NCBI GenBank assembly: GCA_043745805.1
Contig: JAYTSD010000045.1
Span: forward strand, 32,001 to 96,000
Direction of reading: 5' to 3'
Source of the DNA: Fibrobacteria bacterium
Lineage (GTDB): Bacteria > Fibrobacterota > Fibrobacteria > UBA11236
DNA length: 64,000 nucleotides
Shown: positions 9,799-20,330 of the stretch, piece after piece
Numbering within the stretch: position 1 is the stretch's first letter
Layout: each line of letters opens with the position of its first letter
Notes under the pieces: generated by a model
Database searches by the model: none
Seen by the model: the letters and a program-made list of their open reading frames with translations, nothing else
Told to the model about the DNA's origin: nothing
Made by a program: the position numbers and the translations under genes

Positions 9799-11850
9799 AT
9801 GTCTTCTTTAGTCCATTCGTCTCAGTATCCAGCCAATGCTTTAATCCATGAAACCAGCCCTTATCTATTACAGCATGCGCATAACCCCGTGCAATGGCAG
9901 CCTTGGGGCGATAAAGCTCTAGCGCAAGCGAAGCAAGAAAATAAATTATTACTGATTAGCATAGGCTATTCGGCTTGCCATTGGTGTCATGTGATGGAAA
10001 GAGAATCTTTCGAAGATCAAGCCACTGCCGATATTATGAATGCGCATTATATCTGCATTAAGGTGGATAGGGAAGAGCGACCCGATGTGGATCAAGTTTA
10101 TATGCATGCCGTGCAATTGTTGACGGGGCAGGGCGGATGGCCATTGAATTGCTTTGCTTTGCCCGATGGTCGACCAGTTTATGGCGGTACTTATTTTCAA
10201 AATCGCAATTGGAAAGAGATTTTGCAAAACTTAGCGAGTGCTTGGGTTGAGGAGCCTGCAAAGGTTATAACTGCGGCAGAACAATTGACCAAAGGGCTGC
10301 AAAGGCCGGAAACGCCGCTCATCGAAAGAGAACCTGCACCCTTTAATTCACAGGGTTTGCGTGCCATGTATGGAAATTGGCGAGAGTACTTTGATAGACG
10401 TGAGGGTGGTCCCAATCGTGCGCCAAAATTTCCTTTGCCGAATAATTATCAATTTCTACTACGTTTCGCAATTTTACTTTCCGAAGAAAGCGCTTTGCGT
10501 CAAGTTAAATTGACTTTAGAAAAAATGGCCTATGGTGGAATTTATGATCAAATTGGCGGTGGATTTGCACGTTACTCTACGGATGCCTTATGGAAGGCGC
10601 CGCATTTTGAAAAGATGTTATACGATAATGGACAATTGCTAGAGCTATATGCTGAGGCCTATCAGGCCATAGGTGAGCCACTTTATCGCGATATTGTTTA
10701 TGGTATAAAGGATTTTATAGTCAGAGAGCTCACCTCGCCGGAAGGCGGCTTTTATTCAGCATTAGATGCGGACAGTGAAGGGGAAGAGGGCAAGTATTAT
10801 GTGTGGAGTGAGGCGGAATTAAAAGCGTTGCTGGGAGATGATTTTGCTTTGGCACAAAATTATTTTAATGTGAATGAAAAAGGCTTATGGGAACATGGGC
10901 AATATATTTTATTAAGATATGATAGTGATAATACTGTTGCCCAAAGCCATGGTCTTACCTTAGAGGAAATGGCAATACGCATCGAAAATATTAATACCAA
11001 ACTTTTAATGGAACGCGAAAAAAGAATTAAGCCAGGCTTAGACGATAAAATGCTTATCTCTTGGAATGCCTTGGCGGTGCTCGGATTGACAAAGGCTTAT
11101 AAAGCTTTTGGCGATGAAATCTTTTTGCAATTGGCTTTAAAAAATGCGCATACTATTTTGTTTAAAGCAAAAACCATCGACGGTGGCTTATGGCATAGTG
11201 CGAAGAATCAGGAATTTACTATTCAAGGGTTTTTGGAAGACTATGCTTTCACTATGGAAGCCTTTATTGCTTTGTATGAAGTCACCTTTGATTTAGCATG
11301 GGTGGAACAGGCAGCCAAGCTTATGGATTATGTATGGGCGCATTTTGAAGATGAAAATTCTGCCTTATTTTATTTTACTTCGAATACCGCAACGCCTTTG
11401 GTGGCACGCAAAAAAGAAACACAAGACAATGTGATACCTGCGTCAAATTCTAGTTTAGCGAAAAGTTTATTTTGGTTAGGACATTTTTTAGATCGCCGCG
11501 AATATTGTGATCGGGCATCGCGTATGTTAGCCGTAGTGCAGCGCGAATTACCGATTTATGGATCGAGTTATTCGAATTGGGCACAATTATTTTTGCAAGT
11601 GGCCTGCCCTTTTTATCAAGTGGTGATTGTGGGAAATCAAGCCGAGGCTATGCGCAAAGAGCTATCCAGCTATTTCTTACCCCAGATTTTATTAGCGGGA
11701 TGTGAACAAACGAACAGTTACCCGCTTTTTAAAGATAGAGGAGTAGAGGGTAAAACTTTGTTTTATGTGTGCAAGGACGGTACTTGCAGCTTACCTGTTG
11801 AAAATATTTTTCAGGTACTAGAACAGCTTAAATTTCCTGCAGCAAATTGA
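9799..11850 (+). CDS. YyaL/SSP411-type thioredoxin-domain protein
   Basis: [28 protein letters not shown] and [10 protein letters not shown] motifs. Confidence 0.93.
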   Translation: MSSLVHSSQYPANALIHETSPYLLQHAHNPVQWQPWGDKALAQAKQENKLLLISIGYSACHWCHVMERESFEDQATADIMNAHYICIKVDREERPDVDQVYMHAVQLLTGQGGWPLNCFALPDGRPVYGGTYFQNRNWKEILQNLASAWVEEPAKVITAAEQLTKGLQRPETPLIEREPAPFNSQGLRAMYGNWREYFDRREGGPNRAPKFPLPNNYQFLLRFAILLSEESALRQVKLTLEKMAYGGIYDQIGGGFARYSTDALWKAPHFEKMLYDNGQLLELYAEAYQAIGEPLYRDIVYGIKDFIVRELTSPEGGFYSALDADSEGEEGKYYVWSEAELKALLGDDFALAQNYFNVNEKGLWEHGQYILLRYDSDNTVAQSHGLTLEEMAIRIENINTKLLMEREKRIKPGLDDKMLISWNALAVLGLTKAYKAFGDEIFLQLALKNAHTILFKAKTIDGGLWHSAKNQEFTIQGFLEDYAFTMEAFIALYEVTFDLAWVEQAAKLMDYVWAHFEDENSALFYFTSNTATPLVARKKETQDNVIPASNSSLAKSLFWLGHFLDRREYCDRASRMLAVVQRELPIYGSSYSNWAQLFLQVACPFYQVVIVGNQAEAMRKELSSYFLPQILLAGCEQTNSYPLFKDRGVEGKTLFYVCKDGTCSLPVENIFQVLEQLKFPAAN

Positions 11851-12007
11851 CGTGAAGCATTTTTTTTTACTAAAGCCATTGAAATCAATGGTTTAGGGGC
11901 CTAGGGTGGAATCGTTTTGGAGTGCGACCACTAGGGCCTTGGCGAGGCTTGCTGCTGTAGCCCTTGCCTTAGTAAGCTTAGAAAAGATCAGAAAGTTAAA
12001 TTTCGCT

Positions 12008-12035
12008 TTGCTTTTGCAAAAAATTGTAGTATTAT
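12008..12035 (+). promoter_or_regulatory. Putative sigma70 promoter of HU gene
   Basis: TTGCTT-N16-TATTAT upstream of SD AAGGA and ATG 12086. Confidence 0.45.
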
Positions 12036-12085
12036 CTCCCCAAGGCTTAATTGTTAGGCCCTTACACCTAAGAAAAGGATAATCA

Positions 12086-12385
12086 ATGAACAAGCAAGAA
12101 CTCGTTCACGCCGTGTTGGAAGACTCTTCGGCTGGTATTGAAACCAAAGCTGCAGCCGAAAGAGCTGTTAATGCAGTATTAGCTGGAATCGAAACTGGCA
12201 TCAAGAAAGACGGAAATGTCCAATTGATTGGCTTCGGAACTTTCTCGATCAAAAGCCGTGCAGCTCGCAAGGGTCGCAATCCTTCCACTGGCGAAGAAAT
12301 TAAAATCAAAGCTTCTAAGACTGTTGGCTTCAAAGCCGGTCTTGCTTTGAAAGAAACTGCTAAAAAAGCCAAGCCAAAAGCTTAA
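12086..12385 (+). CDS. hup: HU family DNA-binding protein
   Basis: MNKQEL...GFGTF...RKGRNPSTGEEIKI...F motif. Confidence 0.95.
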   Translation: MNKQELVHAVLEDSSAGIETKAAAERAVNAVLAGIETGIKKDGNVQLIGFGTFSIKSRAARKGRNPSTGEEIKIKASKTVGFKAGLALKETAKKAKPKA

Positions 12386-12423
12386 GCTTTTTTTGCAATT
12401 TATCACAATTAAAATTGTGAGTG

Positions 12424-12452
12424 TGAAAGGGAGGTTAAAGCCTCCCTTTTCA
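12424..12452 (+). terminator. Rho-independent terminator after HU
   Basis: AAAGGGAGG-ttaaag-CCTCCCTTTT hairpin with T-tract. Confidence 0.8.
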
Positions 12453-12525
12453 TTTCCCCACTATTTTTTCGACATTTTTATTTTCCTATTCAGGTAAACC
12501 TTTACATAAGCACTATTTATTTTTT

Positions 12526-13377
12526 ATGGTTGCCCCCATGGTATTAGCTTCTCCGGAATTAATTGTTGGGCGCATCCCTTTTTTAGTCTGCGCTCCATTT
12601 TTTCATAGCACATTAGAGGGTTCTCCATTCATGCGTTTTGTAGATGGGGTACCGCGTAAGCTCAATCAGGAGTTACATGCAAGCTGTATTGATTGTGCGC
12701 CTTCTTCGAGTATTGAATATGCACGTCATAGCTCCGATTATTTTCTTTTCCCAGGGATTTCCACTTCCAGTAAAATGGAAATGCGATCCGTATTATTGCT
12801 TTCCCAAAAGCCTTGGGAGGAATTGCAGGATGAACCTGTACAATTATCCTCTGATTCCGACACCTCCAACGTTTTATTTCAAATATTAAGTCAACGGTTT
12901 TATAAGGTAAAGCCACTGTATATCGATGCAGAAAAAAATATCTCTTTAAAGCCTGAAAAAATTATAGCTCAAGTTTTTATTGGAGATGAAGCATTACGAC
13001 AATCACAAAGTGGAAATTGGCCCTATCGATATGACTTAGGTGGGGAATGGCGGCATTGGCAAGGATTACCTTTTGCTTTTGGTTTATGGATGGTACGGAA
13101 AGCCATTTGGCCAGAGAAAAAAATTATTTTATCAACTTGGCGAAACACCTTACAAGAATCCTTACAATTTTTTAAAAGAGATCCCGCCCTTGCATTACAA
13201 AAGTGGATGGCAAAATACCCTTCCACCTTAACAATGGAATTTGCCTTAGATTTTTACAATAGTGCTGATTATACTTTTGGTCTTGAACAAGAAGAAAGCT
13301 TGCAAACCTATTTTCGTTTGGCCTTTGAAGAAAAATTGTTAGCTAAGATTCCAAAGTTACGGTATCTTCCCAGTTAA
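12526..13377 (+). CDS. mqnA: Chorismate dehydratase (futalosine menaquinone pathway)
   Basis: GRIPFL..P, SSIEY, SVLL, S.TS, IGDEAL and YDLG..W...GLPFAFGLW motifs. Confidence 0.85.
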   Translation: MVAPMVLASPELIVGRIPFLVCAPFFHSTLEGSPFMRFVDGVPRKLNQELHASCIDCAPSSSIEYARHSSDYFLFPGISTSSKMEMRSVLLLSQKPWEELQDEPVQLSSDSDTSNVLFQILSQRFYKVKPLYIDAEKNISLKPEKIIAQVFIGDEALRQSQSGNWPYRYDLGGEWRHWQGLPFAFGLWMVRKAIWPEKKIILSTWRNTLQESLQFFKRDPALALQKWMAKYPSTLTMEFALDFYNSADYTFGLEQEESLQTYFRLAFEEKLLAKIPKLRYLPS

Positions 13378-14021
13378 TATCCAGTTTCGGTTTTCAAAAA
13401 GGCTCGAATTGCTTGCGGATGGGAAAGCGTGAGTAAATGATTTTTCGTTTGCAATAACTGTGCTCCTGGTTCAGGTTTAATTAACCAATCTCCTTTTCCG
13501 TGAATCTGGGCCATAGGGATTTGTGGCCGACAACCTTGCCAAGTGCGAATAAGTCTTGGCATGCAACGCATAAGCTTAGGTGAAAAATTTTCGAGCATGG
13601 AATAAAAAACGGCTTCTGAATTACCCGACAACAATTTTTTTCGCTTTAAAATGGGAATGATTAGAGCATACCCTCGACGGATGGCGAAAGAGGGCAATAG
13701 AGGGGCTAAATATGAAAGCCGCAAGTATATTTTGCGAATATAGCGAGGATGACTACAGGAAGAAATCAGCAAAATCTTTTTTGCACCAAAATGGGCAGCT
13801 ATTTCCAAGGCTAGCATTCCTCCTAAAGAAACTCCACCTATCATGTCCTCTGGACTAAACCCAACTTTCTCAGCAAGGCGCAAAGCGTAGCTTTTTAGGG
13901 TATCTTGCGCTTCAAAAGGAATAAAATCAACCAAGATGAAATTTTCTAAAGGCAATTCCAGCGTCGAAAAAGCTCTTTTATCAAGGGCAAAACCAGTAAT
14001 TAAAAAAATGCGTGATGACAT
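13374..14021 (-). CDS. Alpha/beta hydrolase
   Basis: GVSLGG nucleophile elbow, IHGKGD, C-terminal His. Confidence 0.85.
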   Translation of the reverse strand: MSSRIFLITGFALDKRAFSTLELPLENFILVDFIPFEAQDTLKSYALRLAEKVGFSPEDMIGGVSLGGMLALEIAAHFGAKKILLISSCSHPRYIRKIYLRLSYLAPLLPSFAIRRGYALIIPILKRKKLLSGNSEAVFYSMLENFSPKLMRCMPRLIRTWQGCRPQIPMAQIHGKGDWLIKPEPGAQLLQTKNHLLTLSHPQAIRAFLKTETGY

Positions 14022-14147
14022 CTTTTAAAAGTAGCACAAAGCTTGGGAAGAAGGATTACAAATTTGAGGAGGATCGCGAAAGGGCGGGAAATTTTTTTTA
14101 CATTGGGTACAAATAAGCTGTCATAATATAAGCAGGGAGTGGCGTGT

Positions 14148-15611
14148 ATGCTTTGCCAACAATGCGGAAAATCAATTTTAGAGAAGACGGTATTCTGTCC
14201 GCAGTGTGGTTTACGCTTGGAAGATGAATTTGCCCCTAATGCTAATCCCGTTCCAATAATCAAAGCGGCCAGTGCCAATCAACATGGCTCGCGTACAGCC
14301 ATTCCTCAGCGAGGCGATATTTATGCGGGTCGATATCAAATTGAACGCTATTTAGGGATGGGCAGTTTATGTAATTCTTTTTTATGTCGCGATACTTTTG
14401 CAAACAATCAGGAAGTTGTTTTAAAAATAATGCATGCGCGTAAAGCTGCTGAGCCCCATTTTATTGAAGCCTTTTTATTTTTAGCCAATTCCGTAGCGGA
14501 ATATCAATCGTCAGGCATAGCAAAAATTTATCAAAGTGGTCAATATGAAGGTTCAGCCTATTATACCATGGAATTTGTTACGGGCATACCTTTACGTATG
14601 TGGTTATTAGAAAGATTAACTTTTGAAAATCGGGTATTACAAGGTTTAGCTTTAGTTCGTAAATTGCTAAAAATTTTGGAAGTGGTGCATGAACGTAGCT
14701 GTTATGGATGTTTAAAACCTGAAAATATATTTGTTACCCCTGCTGGCCCAGTGATCATGGATTTTGGTGTATGCGGATTTTTAAATCCCCAAGAATTTGA
14801 ATTCAATGCTTATGCTCGTCGTTATCTACCCTATATGGCACCGGAACTAAAGCAGGATTGGGCAAATCTAGTTCCGCAAAGTGATTCGTATTCGGTAGGA
14901 GCTATTCTTTATGAAATTCTTGCAGGCCGCGTACCTTCGGGACAAATTCGTTTACCGAGTCAATTAAGTTCACTATTTGGTATTGAAGCCGATGAATTAA
15001 TTTTGCAGGCCTTGTCGAATAAACCTAATGATCGATTTGTTTCCATAAATGCTTTTTCTAATGCTTTAGACACTTTACAATCGAATTTATTTCAAGCGCG
15101 TCAAAAAGCGACATTGGAAAACCCAACACATCCGATTAACAGAAATTTAAACGCATTAAAACCGATATTGGAAGAGGCGGATAACGGTTTAGAGTTGACT
15201 TCTGATCAACAAACTTTAATGGATCCCAGAAATACTTTTACAAATACTGGTTTTATTGCCAAACCCGCCTTAAGCTCAGGCTCTTTACCTGTATTAGGGG
15301 AAGCCACACAACATGCATCCATTCCCGACTACTTAAAAGAAGCCCCTAAAAATCGACCTGAGACTTCTATACTAGGGACCCAAGTTGCGCGGCGCACAAG
15401 AGTTCCAAGTCCTGCCCTAAATGAACTGCAGCATTCCGAAAGTGCTTTGCAAACAATGCATTTTGTGGCTCCAATAAAGGTTTTCTCCAATACCTTTGAC
15501 GATATTTACCTGGAGGAAAAAGTTCCCATATGGCTATGGCCATTGGTCGGGGGTATGGGCTTAGGAATTATCGGTGGAGCTGTCTATTTAGCTAAGGTGT
15601 TTTCCTTTTAA
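14148..15611 (+). CDS. Zn-ribbon + Ser/Thr kinase-fold protein (probable pseudokinase) with C-terminal TM
   Basis: CQQC/CPQC ribbon; VVLK, LKPEN, DFG and APE motifs present; HRD replaced by YGC; SD GGGAG favours ATG 14148. Confidence 0.85.
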   Translation: MLCQQCGKSILEKTVFCPQCGLRLEDEFAPNANPVPIIKAASANQHGSRTAIPQRGDIYAGRYQIERYLGMGSLCNSFLCRDTFANNQEVVLKIMHARKAAEPHFIEAFLFLANSVAEYQSSGIAKIYQSGQYEGSAYYTMEFVTGIPLRMWLLERLTFENRVLQGLALVRKLLKILEVVHERSCYGCLKPENIFVTPAGPVIMDFGVCGFLNPQEFEFNAYARRYLPYMAPELKQDWANLVPQSDSYSVGAILYEILAGRVPSGQIRLPSQLSSLFGIEADELILQALSNKPNDRFVSINAFSNALDTLQSNLFQARQKATLENPTHPINRNLNALKPILEEADNGLELTSDQQTLMDPRNTFTNTGFIAKPALSSGSLPVLGEATQHASIPDYLKEAPKNRPETSILGTQVARRTRVPSPALNELQHSESALQTMHFVAPIKVFSNTFDDIYLEEKVPIWLWPLVGGMGLGIIGGAVYLAKVFSF

Positions 15612-15632
15612 AATCAATGCTACAATTGGTAA

Positions 15633-15986
15633 ATGCAAGTTAGATTAGAAAGAGCTAAATCCATGCTTTCGGGCGAAACACGCGTGTTTCCAGTTATGTA
15701 TTTTGGATACGAAGCGCAAGGTTTTTTACTGCACTATAAAGAAAATTTTTTCGCGTATTTAAATCGTTGTTGTCATTGGCCCATTCCCTTAGATTACGGC
15801 GATGCCGATTTTTTTTATCCTGCAATTGATAGAATTATCTGCAAATCTCATGGTGCAGAATATCATCCAGAAACCGGCATTTGTGAAGCCGGCCCTTGTC
15901 AACGAGCGAAACTATTACAATACCCTATTAGTTGGGATGGGGACGATGTACTAATAAACATAGTAGAAACTGAAAAGCCCTATTGA
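15633..15986 (+). CDS. Small Rieske [2Fe-2S] protein
   Basis: NRCCH and CKSHGA ligand motifs; G.C..GPC. Confidence 0.88.
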   Translation: MQVRLERAKSMLSGETRVFPVMYFGYEAQGFLLHYKENFFAYLNRCCHWPIPLDYGDADFFYPAIDRIICKSHGAEYHPETGICEAGPCQRAKLLQYPISWDGDDVLINIVETEKPY

Positions 15987-15990
15987 TTCC

Positions 15991-16530
15991 ATGCAACGCA
16001 TTATAAATAGAGAACCCAAGGGATTGGAAGCTCTTTATGATCGGTATTCACGATTACTATACAGTTTGATTTTTTCGATTGTAAAAAAAAAGCAAGAAGC
16101 AGAAATTATTTTAGAAGAAATTTTTTTGCAGGTTTGGGAAAAAGCACCGACCCATGATTTTTCTAAAAGCAGTGTTTACAGTTGGATTGTTACCATGGCG
16201 CGCTATAAAGCTTTGGATAAAATACATTCCGAAAAATATCGTAATCAAAAACAGGAATTTGGCGAAATAGAAGATTTGGATATTTTTTCCACGCCTCAAC
16301 AATTGGAGCAATTGGATAAAATCCGTTTTATGGAAAGAGAACCATTTGTAAAAGCAGCATTTGCAAAAATTTCGATTGAACAGCAACAATTGATAAAAGC
16401 GGTGTATCTTCAAGGTTACTCGCAAAGTCAAATGGCAGAGCAATATAATCTTCCGTTGGGTACGGTAAAAAATCGCTTTAATGAAGGCATACGAAAAATG
16501 CAAGAAATACTAAAGGATTATTTGCATTGA
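15991..16530 (+). CDS. ECF sigma factor (SigK-like)
   Basis: ALYDRYS, IFLQVW and WIVTMAR in region 2; PLGTVKNR in region 4. Confidence 0.9.
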   Translation: MQRIINREPKGLEALYDRYSRLLYSLIFSIVKKKQEAEIILEEIFLQVWEKAPTHDFSKSSVYSWIVTMARYKALDKIHSEKYRNQKQEFGEIEDLDIFSTPQQLEQLDKIRFMEREPFVKAAFAKISIEQQQLIKAVYLQGYSQSQMAEQYNLPLGTVKNRFNEGIRKMQEILKDYLH

Positions 16531-17378
16531 ACGAAATCAGTAAGGAACAATTTCAAGATTTATGTTCCGCTTATGTTTTGGGCGTATTGGAGGGTGACGA
16601 AGTAGAATTTTTTTTGACGATTTTAAAAGCTCCCACTTTGGAACAGCGTACTATTTATACTGAACTAAACCGTTTAGCGCAGCACTTACCTTTAATAACG
16701 GCACTAGAAACCCCTTCCCTAAGGGTTAAGCAAAAGCTTATGAGTAAAGTGGATCCCACTTATTCTAGCCGGAAAAAAAGTACCGAATTTCAAAGAAATG
16801 AACCCCGTTTAGTCGAGAAAATCTTCCATGTACTAGGAGTTAACACTTATTTTTTTTGGAAAACCACTGTCGCCACGATATTAATAATTAGCCTAGGATT
16901 GGGACTTTATATTTTTCACTTGAAAAATTCCTTGGCTACGCAAAGACTCTTTTCCAACATACAAGCCAAGCAAGTATTGATTTTGCAGGATTCACTACAA
17001 CAGAGCATAAGTATGCTTAAAGTATTACAGACTTCGCAATTGGAAATTGTGGTACTGAACGGTTTAGCGGCGAATTCTAAGGGATATGGAAAAATTTTGT
17101 GGGATGCTATGGATAAAAAGGCTTTACTTTATCTTTCAAATTTACCCATCACGACGCAAGAAAAAACTTATCAATTGTGGGTGATTATTGATAACAAACC
17201 TTTTGCAGTGGGAGTGTTTCCAATTACAGATGGCGCATTAAATCATATTTATAAAATTAACCATTTGCTGGAAACGGATAGACGGCATATAAGTGGCTTT
17301 GCAGTTACGCTCGAACCTAAAGAGGGGAGCACTATGCCTACGGGAAAAATGATTTTAATGGGAAACGCTTTTTTATAA
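16527..17378 (+). CDS. Anti-sigma factor, RskA family
   Basis: AYVLGVL N-terminus, a TM helix, then YQLW and FAVTLEP.GS..PTG; overlaps the sigma stop codon. Confidence 0.88.
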   Translation: MNEISKEQFQDLCSAYVLGVLEGDEVEFFLTILKAPTLEQRTIYTELNRLAQHLPLITALETPSLRVKQKLMSKVDPTYSSRKKSTEFQRNEPRLVEKIFHVLGVNTYFFWKTTVATILIISLGLGLYIFHLKNSLATQRLFSNIQAKQVLILQDSLQQSISMLKVLQTSQLEIVVLNGLAANSKGYGKILWDAMDKKALLYLSNLPITTQEKTYQLWVIIDNKPFAVGVFPITDGALNHIYKINHLLETDRRHISGFAVTLEPKEGSTMPTGKMILMGNAFL

Positions 17379-17897
17379 AATTTCTCTATCGATAATCGAA
17401 TAGATAAAACGCTCCAAACTAATAGGATAAAATTTGGGTTGCGGACACCAAATTACGCCCATATTAATTATTTCCCCGCGATTCAAATCATTTAAAGTGG
17501 CTTCTAAAAGATCTTCATCGCTATCAGGAAATTCTTCAATGGCAAAATTTTCATTGCGAATTTTTAATTGATTTTTATGTGGGCTTTGAAAAGAAAAAAT
17601 CCTTCCGACTATACTTTTATCCATGAAGGGTTCATTTTCTTGGAATATATCTTCAAAATGATCGCTATCGGAATTGAATGAAAATATCAATTTAGGACTC
17701 ACACTAATTTTGCCCGTAAGCTTTAGCGAACGCGCCGATTGCGAAGCGCCTTGGGCTAAATAATTCGGATTGGGACCAATTAAGGTAAAGGGAAGCGAAT
17801 GATAACCTTCGACAATACCGGTAATAGGGACACGTTTAATATCCGTCTGCTGATAAATTTTTTTAATCCATTCAGGATCAGAACTTTCATTTTGCAT
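17373..17897 (-). CDS. Hypothetical cytoplasmic protein
   Basis: 174-aa ORF immediately downstream of comEC on the same strand; protein-like composition. Confidence 0.7.
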   Translation of the reverse strand: MQNESSDPEWIKKIYQQTDIKRVPITGIVEGYHSLPFTLIGPNPNYLAQGASQSARSLKLTGKISVSPKLIFSFNSDSDHFEDIFQENEPFMDKSIVGRIFSFQSPHKNQLKIRNENFAIEEFPDSDEDLLEATLNDLNRGEIINMGVIWCPQPKFYPISLERFIYSIIDREIL

Positions 17898-17915
17898 GTA
17901 ACTTATAAAGTAGCA

Positions 17916-20330
17916 TTAATTTCCCTTTACTTCAGGCAAAAAAGTCTCCCAAGTTTCTCTAGAGCGATTCATACTATAACTTATAGCGCCTTGTTCCGCA
18001 GTGGAGAAGGTTTTTATTTTTTTTGCATTTAAACCTTGTACAATATTCATTCCGGGATGTCCAAATCTATTTTTACGACCAACCGATAGAATCGCGTATT
18101 GTGGGTGAATGGCTTCGATAAATTCTAATCGATTAGTTCGTCCACTGCCATGATGCGGGATTTTTAAAATATCATTTTCGCGCCAATTCATAGCTAAATG
18201 TTCAAAATGACTTTCGGATATTTTTTCAATATCACCGGTTAATAAAATTTTCTTATGCCGCCAGTTTAATTGCACGACTAAGGAATTGTCATTGCGATCT
18301 TTAAATTGATTTTCTGCGCAGGGACTAAGAATATGCATGGCATAATTATCACTATGGTAAATACTTTGGCCGCAATGTAAGGCTTTTAGCGGAATATGAT
18401 ATTCGCTTAATTTCGCGCGCAAATTTTTCCAACCAGCTGATTCGGCTTCTAATCCTGAAGTATAAACGGTATCTATTGAAATATAGGGCAGCAAATAAAC
18501 CAAGCCTCCATAATGATCTTCATCGGGATGGGTGATTAAAACCATATTTAAATGATTAATTCCTTTGGATTTTAAAAAAGGCAATATGACTTTTTTTCCT
18601 GCACCATTTCCTGGATGCCCTGGTCCTGCATCAATAAGAATATGGCTTTGTGGCATTTGGCAATAAAAAGCATCACCTTGACCCACATCTAAAAAAGTAA
18701 TAGAGGCCGGTTCCTGATAAGCATTCCACAGAGCATGCAAAGCATAATCCCAAGAAAATAAAGTTGCAAAAAATAAAATCCATGTTTTTCCAATGCCTTT
18801 TTTAAAACTAAAGGGAAGTAATAAACAAAATAAACTAAGCACGATTAATTCAAAAAGCGGAAGCGTGGGGATAAAAATTCGACCTTGTGGTAAATTTGCT
18901 AAATAATGTACGCTATAATTTAAGGCTTTGGCGCACAATGCCGAGGTAACACCAAGACTGTCGCATAGAATTTGTCCCAGAGGGCCTGGCATGGGTGAAA
19001 AAAGCAAAGAAAAAAATAATGTTAACACGCCAGTTACAATTAAAATAGAGCTGATAATTAGAGTGGCAATGTTTCCCAAAATACCATAGGGAGCTACTTG
19101 ATGTATGGTGGCGGCTAAAAGCGGTAGCGTAATTAAAAAAACAGCTAAACTTATTAGCGGTGTAGAAAGAAGATAAATGCTAATGGGATGTGTGATATTT
19201 TTAGAATGTACCCATTGCAAAATAGGTTGTCCAAATAGCAGTAAAGCAAAAGTAGCGATAAAGGAAAGTTGAAAACCTAAGGACATGATTTGATAAGGCA
19301 TAAGCAACAAACAGCTGCTGGTGGCTAATCCTAAGGCATTTAGCGTAGAGCTCGGTCTTTCCCACCAAAAGCAGGGTAGAAAGCAGGCGAACATGATAAC
19401 ACTTCGAATAACACTGATGGAAGATCCCGAAATGGGAATATAGGCACATAAAATAAGCGTTACTATAAAGGCCGCCAGCTTGAGGGGTAAGCGCAGAAAA
19501 TTGAATAGCAATAATAAAATTAAAGCCAATAATCCAATATGTTGTCCACTAATGGCGAGTATGTGTAACATGCCGCTATTTTGAAAGTCTTGCATCAATT
19601 CGGGACTTATCGCGTCCATATCCCCCAATACTGCGGCTTGCAGGAGAGGTTGTTCTTGGAGAGGAATATGCTTTGCCAATGCCTTTTGCATGCTGACACG
19701 ACAAATACTTATATAATGCCAATAAAATGGAGGGTCCGAAATTTTCAAAATAGAATCGGCACGCCAAATGCCATTGAGATTTTGGGAACGATAATATTGT
19801 AAAGCATTCCATTCTCCTGGATTGGTCGGTGGAAAATAGGGTAAGGCTTTGCCCACTAAGCTTATTTTTGTGCCTGGCCAAATAGGAAAATACGCATGGG
19901 CTACATGAATTCGGAAGCTTCCAGTATTTGTTTGCAACGTGAAGGCCAAGTCTTTGCCTTCAGTGGAATAGCCACTTATTTCTCCGCTTAAAATTTGTGA
20001 AGGGAGATTTTTATTTTCTTCGCCAAAAAGTTTAGGCATGGGGAAGGTATAGTGTAAAATCGCAAACCAAATCGCATAGCATCCTATCCAAGGCAAAATC
20101 TTCACATGCCATCCGTGGATAATCAACAAGTGAAGGAGTAAACCAATTAAGCTTAGCCAAGGATTGTAAAATGCACCGATACAGCCCCATAAAATGGGTA
20201 AGGCTAGGTGTATGCCCCACAGCCAACGGTATTTGTTTTGCACGGCCTTATGCCAGTCCATAAAAAAAACCAGCCACCCTATTAAAGCTGTGAGTTTGTA
20301 TGCTTGGGCGAGCTTTATAAGCGATGACAT
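17916..20330 (-). CDS. comEC: DNA uptake channel ComEC/Rec2 with MBL domain
   Basis: NPGEW, HILAISGQH, GFQLSF, FLDVGQGD, THPDEDH and PHHGS motifs. Confidence 0.93.
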   Translation of the reverse strand: MSSLIKLAQAYKLTALIGWLVFFMDWHKAVQNKYRWLWGIHLALPILWGCIGAFYNPWLSLIGLLLHLLIIHGWHVKILPWIGCYAIWFAILHYTFPMPKLFGEENKNLPSQILSGEISGYSTEGKDLAFTLQTNTGSFRIHVAHAYFPIWPGTKISLVGKALPYFPPTNPGEWNALQYYRSQNLNGIWRADSILKISDPPFYWHYISICRVSMQKALAKHIPLQEQPLLQAAVLGDMDAISPELMQDFQNSGMLHILAISGQHIGLLALILLLLFNFLRLPLKLAAFIVTLILCAYIPISGSSISVIRSVIMFACFLPCFWWERPSSTLNALGLATSSCLLLMPYQIMSLGFQLSFIATFALLLFGQPILQWVHSKNITHPISIYLLSTPLISLAVFLITLPLLAATIHQVAPYGILGNIATLIISSILIVTGVLTLFFSLLFSPMPGPLGQILCDSLGVTSALCAKALNYSVHYLANLPQGRIFIPTLPLFELIVLSLFCLLLPFSFKKGIGKTWILFFATLFSWDYALHALWNAYQEPASITFLDVGQGDAFYCQMPQSHILIDAGPGHPGNGAGKKVILPFLKSKGINHLNMVLITHPDEDHYGGLVYLLPYISIDTVYTSGLEAESAGWKNLRAKLSEYHIPLKALHCGQSIYHSDNYAMHILSPCAENQFKDRNDNSLVVQLNWRHKKILLTGDIEKISESHFEHLAMNWRENDILKIPHHGSGRTNRLEFIEAIHPQYAILSVGRKNRFGHPGMNIVQGLNAKKIKTFSTAEQGAISYSMNRSRETWETFLPEVKGN

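Noticed and set aside
12403..12420. Palindrome TCACAATT-aa-AATTGTGA as a Rex or CRP site
   Set aside because: The half-sites are in the opposite orientation to those consensus sites, and it lies in a 3' UTR before a terminator.
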